Made by a program: the position numbers and the translations under genes. DNA of 64,000 bases from Trichinella spiralis (lineage: Eukaryota): positions 1,731,647 through 1,795,646 of the forward strand of contig NW_003526943.1 in assembly GCF_000181795.1 (NCBI RefSeq), read 5' to 3'. The notes beneath the pieces are model-generated. The model was given only the letters and a program-made list of their open reading frames with translations, had not been told where the DNA came from and ran no database searches. The first letter of the stretch is position 1, and each line of letters opens with the position of its first letter. Shown here in pieces: positions 49,147 to 62,864 of this stretch.

Positions 49147-52100
49147 TTGTTGCTGTTTTTCGAAAATTGTTATTTGAAATCAAAGTTAAAGAATGATGTG
49201 CTTAAATTTTGTATGATATAGAAGTTAAAGAAGTAGATTTCTTTAACGTAATTCATAAAATGAAATAAAAAGTTAAAAAATATGCAATACTTATTTTGTT
49301 GACATCAAAAATATTAGATATATTTTTATTAATTATTTATTTTATTTTTCACATTATTTTGATTATATTCATATTTTTCATTTTTTAAAAATGAGAAAAT
49401 GAAAAGGCAACATTTGGAAAAATATTAGTTGATTATGTTTCAATGCATGAAAAATGACAGCTGCTAATCTGCCGAGAACAAATTAGCTTAAGGGTTGGCA
49501 TCATCGTTAATACTGTTTGCAGATTTATTCAGCTGGTGATGCAAGTGGTCTTTGTATAACCATCACGTTAAGCTATTTTGAAATTTTAGTTGAAATCTGT
49601 TTGAATTAGAGTAACAGTAAAGCAACTGTTTTGTGTAACTATGAGAATTCCAACCGTTGAGCTTACTTCTCATTATTACTTTTTCATACTTACTATATTT
49701 ATCATACTTTTTAACATTTAACGTGGCAAAAGATTACTGAACATTGCAGTATGCATTTTCAATGTAAAAAAATTTTACTTTCTGTAAATGACTGACAGTA
49801 ATCATACTGTCTTTATAAGTGTTAATAATCAATTTTTATATTAAATTATAAATTTATATATAAGAAATATAAACTCAGAGTAAGTAAAACGTTTTAACAT
49901 TTTATTAAAATTTGTTTAAATTCATGTTTTAAGTGATTTCTTTTTGCATTATCATAATTCACATAGCTAAGTTATTGGTTTTCATACAAAAATCTTTATC
50001 TGGTGCTTTTTTTTATTTCTCTTTAAAAATTAAATCAAATGAAAGTAATCATAATTGTTAGAAAGCAACAAAATAAATGAAGAAAACTGTGATTTTTGAA
50101 ACAATACATTCATATACGTATTTATAATATTAATAAAACCATTTTTATGTGGAAGTAGTTAAAAACAGTAGAAGAAAAATTTTATTTGATTAATAATAGA
50201 TTAAAGAAAAAGTTGAAAAATGAAAGTGGTTGAAAAAATATAATAGTAGAAAACAAAAGCAAATGAACAGGTCACGTATTGCACTGTCCATTGCAAACAT
50301 GACTGTCAATGAACGTGAATTTTTTAATGACAAACAAATGCAATGAATATTCACATTTTAATTAACATGCAAATTTTTTGTATAGTATTAATGACCGTGA
50401 GCATGATTCATTGTTAATGTTAAGCACGGAAACGCTGCTTTCATGTACTGGGTTCGATTGTCACACGATAACGCTTGATACGTGATGTTCTTGATGCAAA
50501 TTGTTGCATGCGAAAAATGACTGTCGCTTAAACATACTGGCATTGGGAAAAAAGTGTCAAGTTAAAATGTATATCTGAGTTGGTACAACAATATCGAGTG
50601 ATGGAAATCATGTGCATCATAATTTGTCGATTGTTATTGATTAATGTCTTTCCACTTTTGTGAAAAAATTTCATTACAAAAGAAAAAGCTGATGCATGTT
50701 TTTAACCAGGTTTTGTTTCTTCATTTCAAATGCTAAGCGGAAGTGGTGTAATCGCAGATTCGTAAAGTATTTACGCTGAATTCGGTTGAAAATGGCTTTC
50801 GTGTAAGGGATACTGTGGAAATTGAATTTTACAGTTCCCTTTTAATAACTGCAACCTTGAAATATTGTATTTGGAGTATGTCTCCCCATGAAATTCAGGG
50901 GGGGCTGTATAGTATTTATCATAGCTATTTCAGTTACATAGCCCGAAGATACTATTTTCAACATTTCACGTAGGCAAAGGATCACGCGCACAGCCGTATC
51001 CCGCCGTTACTATAATGAACAATTTTATTGCATCAACTTATCAAAGTGATTGTCAATTGCAATTGATATTGTTTCTGTTTGTTATTTAAATATTTGTCTT
51101 TAACAATTACGGCTATAAAAATTGTGCTATTTGTTTTACTATCCAACATGTGATTTCTACCATTTATTACTGATTAAATAGAATATTAGCAATTTATGGG
51201 AAAATTACTACATGTTATTATTTTTTGCAAATATTGCTATATCAGTATTATATTGTTTTTCAAAAAATCTACCTCATATTATTTATTTTGTAATTATTCT
51301 GCTGTCATGGTTACATTTCTTTATATTCAATTTTTAATAATTTTAGATAAGTTTATTTAGAAAAATCTTGAGTGAACTAATAGGCATATGATAGAATTAC
51401 TTTTGCGATCAAATGTGCAAGTTAATATTTAATTATTGTGATATTGTTAATTTATGGTATAGATTTAGCACCTGTATATGCTTATGATGACATATGATAA
51501 TGTTAAATGGACTCCTGTTAAATGGAATTTTCTTTTGCGTAATAACTTCTATTTTTGATTTTGCAGGCTGAACATTTTTATGGAGATACGTGCAGCATTC
51601 TTGGAGACAGCTGTTCCAGAATTATTTTGAAACAGCTGTTTATTATTTACTTTAAACTACGTCTCGTAGTGTAATAACAATGGATAATTTCTCTTCCTAT
51701 AAATGGTTTTTTGGAAGATCGTATGCTTCAATAAATTAATTTCATATATTTCATAATGCTAAATGCCTATTAGGTTAAACAACAATTTTATTAAAATACA
51801 GTTAAAAGCATTGTTCAGATATAGCTATTAGTTAAAATATATGTAGAATAACAACAAAATTCTGAAAAATTTATGTTTAAAATGTTAAATGATATAAAAC
51901 AGATTTAACGAGCTTTACCTTCACTTTAAAATAAGTAATGTATAAGAAAATATATTTCTTATATTGCAGAAATACTTTTACAGCGCAATAACGATGTACT
52001 TTGATAAATACATCGTTTGAAAATGAATGCATAAAAAGTCATAAGTCATATTCTTTGTCATATGCATTTCAATAACGTGAAAAATGCGCATAGCGATTCT

Positions 52101-52149
52101 TATACTTTTCAAGTTTATATAATGCAGTATTATGATAATACTCACAACA

Positions 52150-52220
52150 GCGTCGGTGGTTCAGTGGTAGAATGCTCGCCTGCCACGCGGGCGACCCGGG
52201 TTCGATTCCCGGCCGACGCA
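52150..52220 (+). tRNA. tRNA-Gly(GCC)
   Basis: GCGTCGGTGGTTCAGTGGTAGAATGCTCGCCT-GCC-ACGCGGGCGACCCGGGTTCGATTCCCGGCCGACGCA. Confidence 0.98.
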
Positions 52221-53524
52221 AACCTTTATCCAAAAACTTTTGGTTACATCTGTAAACAAATGTTAGCTTTTGAATGCATTAATTCATCTTTGTCATGCAT
52301 TTCTTATTACTTAAACAAACGTCTTTTAAATAGTGATTTTACTTACCGTTCCAAAATATCTGTAGTAATTGATTGAATTCTTTTCCTTTACGCACAAAAT
52401 ATATAAATATCAATCGTTTCAATGACGCTATATGTATTATAAAACTAAAATTTTTTCCAGTTAAATTTTTTAGCAAAGTTTTCTGCAGTGTTATTATATT
52501 GAATGATATAATTTTACAAATTATTTCATAGAATCATGCTATGATGATTATAAGTAAAAAAATCATAAATATATGAATAAATATGAGTGCAAGCATAATG
52601 CTGAATTTAGAATTTATTTTTATTTTTGCGTGTAATGAATATATATGTTCAAATTTTCAGTTTCTTTTATGTCATTTAACAAAGCTAATAGTTTAGATGC
52701 CGTTTCTATAAATTTAACTTCATTAAATATAATTACATATGCATTTTTTGTCAGTTAAAAAATTTTTACACTTTATAATAAATTTTTAAAATGTATCTTT
52801 TTTAGTTGACAATCAATGTCATGCAAGCTTTATTTATTAGCACTTTTTTGCAAAAGCAAATATATATATATATACTTTTCACTGTGATGTTTGAATAATA
52901 GTCCTTTCATAAAAAAGAGAGACTTCAGTTGAAATTTTTTAAACTGTTAAAGTTTGTAGATATTTTAAGAAAAATAGAATGAATTATTTTTCAAAGTTGA
53001 CTTCAAGGCTGAAGTGAGGGCTACTTTAAGAACTAATTGAATTTGCAGAAATTTGTAAAATACTTATTTTAAGCTAAGAATTTGGAATTATTTGATAATT
53101 TTTCCAGTTGATCGAATTGATTCAAGTGAACCGCACAGGCAAAGAAACAGTTTTGCACCTGGGTGGATGTGACACTTTAAGCTGAATGTTCATGGACGAC
53201 AATTCTAAGCAAAAACTAACCCAGTAGTAAAAATGTGATTGTGAAAGCGGTGCTTCTCTGTCCAATCGGAAACAACCTGCAGTTGCTTGGATGCGGAGTA
53301 TTACCGTCGCTGCGGGATGCATTTTAGTCGATCTGTCGGCATAGAGTGGACATTATTAAGCCAGCGGTTACTTAAAACCAAAACAAACTATCTTAAAATT
53401 TTAAAATTAGCATAACAAACTTCTACATACAACACACAACAACAATCTTGAAAATATTTTGCAGTAAATTTTCAATCTGCACACTTGAGGCAAAAAATAC
53501 GTACTGTTTTTTTTCCAGGGAAAA

Positions 53525-56500
53525 ATGTCGTCATACAGAACTATTGCTCTGCTTTCTGCCGTTGCCAGTGAAATAAAAGACCAATCCAAGTCATTATTCT
53601 CAAAGTTCACTTTCAACTTGGTTCACAGGTAAGATATTTTTGCAAATTTCACCAACATTTCCTCTTCATTGCACAGCAACACTACTGTCATGCAATAATA
53701 TACAACATTAGCACTTGTTGTAATCGGCAAAAGAAGAAGTATTTAAATTCAACATGGACATTTTTATTGTAAAATTGTCGGGCAGGTTTTATTGAGGCGT
53801 CAATACTGGTGTGATTGAAAAGCTTTTTTCTAGTCACACCTTGTAATCCGCCGAAAATCACGAATTACTTATTGATCATTAGATTAGGTAATTTAATCTA
53901 ATTACGGAAGCAGTGTAATTTTCTTGCCTATTCAAATCAGCTGACCACGTCCATTTTTTTTCCAAACTTCACACCGATTGCATTAAAAGAATCGATAAAA
54001 TTATCAAAATCTACCCATACTTGAGAACAACAATACTATTGCATGTCACTTCCGTTTCTGGACTAGAGAATCAACAACCTTTTACCATTTGACGGCTTTT
54101 TTGAATGAAAAACGTTGGTTGCCTTGCTAGCAAATTACCAATTGCCATCGGACTCATTCAAGCGCTTCAGTTTAAAAATTGTTCACAAAATCAATACCAT
54201 TTACAAAAAAAAATAATACAACATAATGCAAAATTTTAAATTACATCTGTCAAAGAAGCCTCAATGGTAAATTGAAATTTTAGAGAAACCGAACAAAAAA
54301 ATATGGCTTCAAGTTGATGCACTTATTTTGTTCCACATCGTGTATTGCTTTCAGTTTCAATCTTTAATAATTAATATTTCCAAATATTATTCTAAGCATC
54401 ATTTTGAGCGACAACTTGCAAACGACAATATTTTTGTATTAAATCTATTTAAATTATTCATTTTGGAAAAAAATACTCTTGGAAATCAATATATGCTGCT
54501 ATTCTGAAACATTAAAAGAAATAAAAAAAACCTTTCAAGGTACTCCGTAGCGGCATGAAAGCAATTTTTTGAAATTTAAATTCTTCTGTTATGTATATCA
54601 TGCTTTAATTTGAACTTGAATTTGTTTAAAATGAACATTACTTAACGCAGTAAATATGGGAAATAAAAAAGATTCCAAAAAAAATGAAAAATTAAACAAA
54701 TTATTAAATATAATAAGTTAATATATACATTTATTTATTTATTTTTCGTGTTTTGCATAAACATATATTTATTTAAAAATTGAAAAGCAACAGGTATGAT
54801 TGCTCAAAACATTAGTCATATTTTGTAACTTGTTGAAAGTGAAAAATTATTGTGTTACTGCTTAATCAAAAATATTGGCACAGAAATATTAGAAAAGACT
54901 TATACTCATTTAAGTATTTAGAAATAGATTTATACAAACAAATTAGTTAACGTGTACGCTAATTTGAAAACACAGCAAGTAGAAAATATAAATTAATCAA
55001 TAAAGTAACATATGAGAACATGATAACAGATAAGAGCTGGTTTTGAAAATGGACCTTTCAGCACTTTTAGTCGAAAAAGCAAATTACTCGGTATCATATA
55101 TGTTTTCATTTTTTATGATATTTTAATTTTGTTAATTTTACAATATAAATATTATAGTTTAAACATAAATTAAGAATCTATCAGGTATGATTATATATAT
55201 GTTTGTTTGTTTAAAAATTGAAAAGTAACAACAAGAGGTATGACTGCTTAAAAAAATTAGTCACTCCTCATGTATATATATATATATATTTATATTTATT
55301 TATTTATTTATATGCATTTGCTTATTTCATAATTTTCAAATATATTTTCAATCATTGATACTTTCACTTGAGCAAGCGCAAATGTTAGTTTACAAAATTT
55401 TTTATTAAAAAAAGGGTTTATTTAAATTAAAATTTTTTAATCTGAATGCCAATTAATAAAAGTTTTTGCAAAGCTAGAATGCGATTATTTCTTTCTGTTT
55501 ATTTGAATATTGTTGGATAACGTTTCCTGGCAGGTGCTTTGTGATTATTTAATTTCCGTTTGGAAATGTTTGAATAAATTTTGACACGAACCATCAAAGA
55601 TGAGAGATCGGAGAAATGAACTTCATTCAACATTCAATCTTTCCAAATACGCCACTGATGCATGCAAATAGTGTTGAAAATAGCCAGAAGCTTGAAGCGC
55701 TTGAGTAACTTACATGCTGACATTTGCAAACTTCATGCGAACGTCATACTGGGGTGATCAATGCATTCCAAACAGCAACAGGACTAAGAGTTGGGGAAGA
55801 AATTATTTGAAATTATAATCGAATAATTGGCCCTTACACATATATGCTGACGAAATTGAACTTGACAACAGTATATTTTGTCGTGGCCGTTTTCACCAAA
55901 CAAACACAGATAGCTGCTACCTATCAATAAATAGCCATATAATAGGACGGTGACTTGACTTGAAACGCAAAATGCCTCGACAAGCAGTATCGAATTCTTC
56001 GCATTTAAGCAAATATTTTCCCATTTCAAAGCAATTTTTAAATTGCTCTCTTTTCATTTAATACTATTTTTACTTTCAAATTTACTAAACATTAATCTGT
56101 TTTTTCTTTTTAATTTAAAATTAAAATATACGTCAATCATTCGAATATATATTATCTATATATGTATTATTTGCATTACTTCTATGAATTTCAATGAATT
56201 TGTTTTTATACATAAAATTTCTCAATTTTCAAATTTTTATTCAGAAAAATTTCCAAATTTAAATGATGAATAATACATACGCTTATATAAATGAGTCAAG
56301 TAGGCTTTACGAATGTAAAAAAATCTTCGAATGCTTTTGAGTTTATTAGCAATATTTTTCATTCATTGTTATCATGGATGCACATTTTTGTTGATGTTTC
56401 CTTGAAATAAACATTTTTGATTTGTACGTTTATATGTTTAAAATTAAAGCTAAACGAATCGGATACATTTATTTATCACTAAAAATGTTTCTTCTTTTGT

Positions 56501-59500
56501 TACATTTGTGCTGCTAAAAAATAAAATATGTTTTTCTAGTGTTGCTTTGAAAGGAGAATTCCACAAAATTTTACTTTGCATAACTTTACTGCCGCAAGCC
56601 GCAATTGCAAAACTGCATTATTTTGAATAACAAAAACATAAATGCAATATACTTCGTATTGTCTGACGATGGAAATTTTCAATGACATAATAATAAGCAA
56701 TAAAAGGATCGATGTTTTCATAAATTCATTAGCTTAATTGCACTTTTATAAATTATTCCTCATTTGAATGGTGTGACTTTCCATTTTGCATAAATGTTAG
56801 ATGCAATGTACTATTATTTATTGGCAGATGATAAAGATATTTTTTCTTTTTTTAAAGATTGATCAAGTAAAAATTTCTATGAAGCAGTTCATTGCTTATG
56901 TGCAGCAACCTTTTCATCATTTTTTAAGATTCAACAAAATAAGATAATTTCAATTATTGAAAATGAAATGCAATCATGTTTAGCATCAGACACTCTACGT
57001 CTACATCAACGTATTACATCAAGCAAAAATAATTTTTTTATAAAAATAAAATGCTTGTTTTTCTTTAATATTTTTATTTCTACCTCTTCATTTGAAAAAT
57101 TCATCTTTATTCAGACGTGAAGCATTTTGAGTAATTAAAAATCCATTGATTTTTGACGTACAACAAATGCTTTAATAGCATTATATTTGAAAATAATAAT
57201 TTACTATAATACTTCTTTGAAATTGCTTCATGCATACACACGGGGCCTACAAATCAGACATGAATTTTAGTCACATCGCGCAATTGTTAATTAATGCATT
57301 TTATATTTAAAAATATGTCCTTAAATTTTACTTAATTTAAAAAATTTGGCATCAAAAAATTGTTTATTCTTATTTCAGATCTCCGCAGGAGTATGATCAG
57401 CAACACTTTATCGGTGAATTCGAAGATGATTCAGAAAATCCAACTAAACTGCGTCGCAAAGTCGAAGTTGCCGCACGCAGTAATTTCATCCTCAAGGTGA
57501 GAAAATTTTTCATATAAGAATCTAAACCAACAAATTAGTAAATTTTTGAATTTCGCCAAATAAAGAAATATTATTGGTTATTTTTTAATAAATTATGATT
57601 TACTGTTTTGTAAAGCAAATTAGTTTGGAAAGCGTGAAAGTTTTTCACTATTAATGAAGCAGCGAAGTCTTCATTATCTGTAAAAGCTTCTTTTGTAATT
57701 GTTTAAATTGACGGAAATATACAAATGATCATTTATCCAACATTTATATAATTCAAATTAATAAATAAATTCAGTTAGTTTAAATTATTAAGAGTAAACA
57801 TTTAGATATCAGAGAAATGTCCATGTTGTAAATGCTCTAAACGGTGGCAGCTAGCATGGTTGGCTTGTGTAGGATTTTTAATTGTATTTGGAATCCGATG
57901 CAATATTGGCGCAGCCAAAGTTCGTATGACAAGAAACTTCACCGATCCATGGGGTGTTGTGCATGTAATTTACGTCCATTAAATAGCAACAGATATGTAA
58001 TGGATGCATTTTAGCCAGCAGACTTCGATTGGAATCCTTCAGTACTGGGAGTAGTAGAAGGTTCCTTTTTTTATGGATATTTAATTACCCAAGTTCCCGG
58101 TGGTTTTATTGCTGCAAGATTTCCAGCAACTACGTGTGTCTTTTTTGAAATTTTTTCAATGTGTATAGTGTATTCTTTTAAAAAAGAGCATATTTTAGGC
58201 TATTCGGTGGTGCAATAGGGATCACGTCAGCGTTGAATTTGCTCATGCCTGTTGCAGCTAACAGTGGCTATGGTTTTGCCATTGTGATACAAATTTTGCA
58301 AGGTCTAGCTCAGGGTGTTGCTTATCCGGCAGTGCATGGAATGTGGCGGTATTGGGCACCACCGCTTGAACGTACGAAGCTAGCCACAACTACATTTACC
58401 GGTTCTTACGCCGGTGCTGTAGTCGGTTTACCATTATCAGCGATGATGACATCCTACGTTAGTTGGTCTGCGGCATTCTACTTTTATGGTAATATGATGC
58501 TTTCAGCCCGTTATAGCAAACTTATGATGAACATAATTTTGACTATTTTTAAAAAATTTAAATATTCCAGATGCTCATTTTGTTTCTGTTGATAACAGAG
58601 TTTGAAAATTGAAATAATTTTTAAAGTAGAAATAGTACAATGGATGCCATATACAATGGTAAAGATATAAAACAATATTAAAAAAGCAGTGCTAAGTGAG
58701 TTGTTGCCTTCATTTTTTCATAATCGGGCCATTTCATCTGCAAACAGTATATGTGGAGAAAATAGAAGTAGCAGTAGAAATTGACTGCTGTGCGCTAGTT
58801 GAAAATTTATTTCTACAGTGAACGAAAATCTAGAATGTTGGCATTTAGAGAAAGGCAATTCTGACACTAGACCTGAATGTGGAAAATGGACAATAACACA
58901 AGATTGAAGAAAAAAAAGCCACTAATTTATAATTTATAACTATGAATGAATACAAGTTGCTTTGTTTCATCCGGTTCAAATAGAATCCACAAAGCTGAAC
59001 AATGCTCAATAGCAGTAATGATTATGAAATTCTGTATTCAATAAAAATGCAACAGAGATGTGGAAAATTTTCTAGTAGAATCAATATTAATGTTGAAAAG
59101 CAAACATAATATTAAGAGAAAATGAAATTTAAAAAGTTCTTAACTGAAAATATTGCGAAACTTTAAATTGTTTCATTAACTTGTCTAATTATTCGAAATA
59201 ATATGGGAAAGTGATTTTTATATTGAAGGTATTTGCGGTTGCGTGTGGTTCCTATTTTGGTACTTCATGACATTTGAAAAGCCATGCATTCATCCTACAA
59301 TCAGTGATGAAGAAAAAATAATGATCGAAACAAGAATAGGGCATTGTTCACCTGTTGCTCTCAGGGTACATAAATTTTGTTCATCAAAAAAGAAAATAAT
59401 ATTATTTTAAACTTTACTTTAGTTCTCTAATGTGCCATGGAAAGAAATTCTAAAATCGAAATGCGTATGGGCAATACTGGTCGCCAACTTTTGTCGAAGT

Positions 59501-60781
59501 TGGACATTTTACTTGCTACTGATTCACCAGTTAGCCTACATGAAAGATGTGCTAAAAATTGACATTCAAAATGTGAATTTTCGTACATTTTATTTTTGCA
59601 TCTTGCATAATTTTATTCTGAATCAAAATTTAAAATGTTAATAATGTTTTCTGAGACAATTTTCAGGCATAATCGTAATATAATAATGTAAGAACAAATA
59701 ACAGCTTCAATGTTATTTATTATTTAGCTCAACTTTAAATATGCATCGAAACTTACGTTCAGTAAAATTAAACCATTTTCAGAGCGGATTTTTGGCAGCA
59801 CTGCCGCACGTCATAATGGCTGCAGTTGTGCTACTCGGTGGCCAGCTTGCAGATTTTCTTCGTTCAAGACGCATTCTTTCTACCACAGCAGTACGAAAAT
59901 TGTTCAACTGTGGAGGTAAGCGTACAAAAACGGAACAATAAAGTAAGGAAAAACCTAAATCAGTTGATTAATTGAAATGATTGATTTCTACAATTTCTTC
60001 CATTCATTTCCAACTGAGTTACGACATAATTATGAAACACCAATTGTGCAAATTAGGTTTTGGAATGGAAGGGCTATTTTTGATCATATGCGCCTATGTA
60101 AAACAATCATCCGCAGCAATATTTTGTCTGGTAATGGCGGTAGGATTCAGCGGATTTGCAATTTCTGGCTTCAACGTCAATCATCTGGACATTGCTCCAC
60201 GTTATGCGAGCATTCTGATGGGAATGTCCAACGGATTGGGCACTTTTTCCGGCATGATTTGTCCTATTGTAACGGAAAAGCTCACCAAATATTACGTATT
60301 ACAAAATTATCGAATTACTAGCTTCAGATGAAACACGATTTGTTTTTAATTTTAGCACGAAAATGGATGGGTTACTGTACTGTTGACTGCTGGCTTGATT
60401 CACTTTACAGGCATTACATTTTACGCTTTTTTTGCCTCTGGAGAACAACAACCTTGGTCAGAGCCACCGGATGAAGAAATAACTTGCAACGTTACGGACA
60501 TGAACTTGAAAACAAATCCACGTATGCAATTTGCAAGCAAACAATACAAATAAATAATAATTCATTGTCGATTTGCAGAGAATTTCAACACTAGCGGCAG
60601 CTATGGAACTGTTGATTCAACCAGCTTTACGCCCTTGACCAACAACGTCGGACAAATAATGTACGACAAACAAAGTGAAGACTCAGATTGGAGCTATTAT
60701 CAAGAAAATACCGACAACGAACCCGAATGGCCTTACGGAAACTCCAGTTTAACGAATAAAAATTTTTACGACGGCTATTGA
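53525..60781 (+). CDS. eat-4: Vesicular glutamate transporter (SLC17A6-8 / EAT-4)
   Basis: [103 protein letters not shown] and an SYGT tail. The first exon 53525-53628 (MSS..) splices in phase 2 to 57379. Confidence 0.95.
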
Positions 60782-61042
60782 AAAATAAGAACGAACTGAA
60801 AATTTCCCTACATGTGCAGCAGCATGCGAAGAATATTTGTACTGTTGAACGCTTTCCTTTTGCATACAGTGCAGTGACGTGATGAATAAATTCTTTTCCT
60901 GATTGACTTCGTTGTTGATTTAACAAAACCAAAGAGAATTTTCCACTGTATTTTTTTAATTCATTAAAAATTTTTCAGAAATTTAAATAAATAAACAAAA
61001 CAAAACGACAAAAACAACTGAAAGATTAGATTCAAATAAAGT

Positions 61043-62479
61043 TTATCTTAGTTTCAAAGTGCACTGATGCAAGTGACAGAAATCATTTTCTAAATATTTT
61101 CGCAGTTCCAATTGAAAATCTCTTGCAGTTTCCCTGGTCAACGCAAACTCATCGCACTGCCATACCAACCGCAAGCATGCACCAGTGCAGAAGCCGGGAG
61201 GAATGCCACGCCTGATCGTCGTAGCAAACAGCAGCTGATTGTTGTTGTCCGGATGAAATATTTCAACGTTGATCACTTCTTTCACGATGTTTTTGGAAAA
61301 AGAAAAAATTGCCTTTTTCAAAAGTTCCACGTCAATGTCGGCCGTTGAAATCCAAAATGAAACGTCGTGAATATACATTGGTCTCAGGAGATCTATTCGC
61401 CTGTGTTGCTGCTGTTCTACGTCGAGTGGAACATCAGCCAATGTACTCGCCATTGACAAAATTGGTACCCTGCGAAAGATCACCACGATCGGAACCTTCT
61501 TGTGATGAAAACTCTTCGCATTTCCTCTATAATCAAATCAGTAAATATTCTGAGAACTTATTTCATACAACGAACTAAAATTATATGTATATATATGTAG
61601 CTCAAAGAGTTTTTGTTTTTCTTCTGCCATTTCATTAACTCTTCTGTCGAATATCATAATAACAAATGATAAATATCATTAATTAATTAATTAATTAATT
61701 AATAGTAGTAATAAATAATAAGAAACAACGACAGCATGCATTTGTGAAAAACAAAAAGTATTTATTATTAACCTGAAACCCGCGTTCACATAGCCACGGT
61801 TGGATAGTTCTTTCGTGGGAAAATCGTGAATACTGTCCACAACAAAACCTGCGTAAACTGCCAAGTACATCACTCTCCAACTGTCCTTTTTATGCATTGT
61901 CACTTTGAACATGATGTCGTTGTTTTGTTCAGCTTCAGACCATCGTTGCTTGTCAATCTCAAATTGACCGTCCAGAAGACTGAGATAAAATTTTCCATCA
62001 GCATTTAGAACATGTTTCAAATTTATGAATATTTCTTTCAGCAAATGCCGGCAGTATTTCAAATTCGTCTTTCCGCCAGTGTGGGGAAAGTTCATTATTA
62101 CACAATCGAAAGGTACGCTGACGCGAGGTAGAAGCGTTTCCTGCAACCGTGTTCCATCGACCGCAAACAAAACTTCAACACCTATAATAATATTATTTAC
62201 TGTCTTTATACAAAGATGGATGCTTAAAAATGGACAAACAAATAAAACATTCCTACCTCGATTGCGCAAATGGTTTATTATATTGCTATTTGAAGATTCG
62301 GAGAATCTGGTCAACCATTGCTCTTCAGTTTCATAAACCGTTGAGATCAGTCGAAGAGAAGAATAATTTTCCTCCGTCTGTGCAGCAATCAGCGCTTTGG
62401 AGAATGTCAAATTCCCATCACCCAAGATGAGAATTCGTTTACAAAGCAGCAACTGCTTGAACGGATCATCGCTTTGCAT
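61043..62479 (-). CDS. FDXACB1: FDXACB1-like protein with BMT5/DUF2431 methyltransferase-like domain and ferredoxin-fold anticodon-binding domain
   Basis: ILILGDGNLTFSKAL, FAVDGTRL, FDCVIMNFPHTGGK, DSWRVMYLA..GF, GYVNAGFR, and C-terminal RPMYIHDVSFW...LTRETA..FQ. Confidence 0.88.
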
Positions 62480-62864
62480 CTATTTGAAAATTACACTTTT
62501 CAATAATTATTAATACAAGAAAAAACACGATCGAAATAAACAGAATCGACGACGACGACTTTTCATCACTTGCAAAAATTTCTCATCCATAAAGAAAAAA
62601 GCATACTGATCTGAAGAGGTATCTTTTTTTTACTTGGCAAAAAATGATGAATATCAAAATTTCTGTAAAACATTTTGCCATCTATAATATCAAAATTATA
62701 AAATGATAGCACCAAACGAAAAATTGACAGTGGCAATAATTTTCTAAAGCAAAACAAAAAGAGCACCGTAGAATCAACAATCTAGTAGTCAGTCACTACA
62801 CACACGAACAACTACAGTGTGTAAACAAGCGAAGAGTTGAAGCGTATGGATTTTGTGTTTTTGG

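Noticed and set aside
52062..52376. 104-aa ORF
   Set aside because: Spurious read-through of tRNA-Gly.
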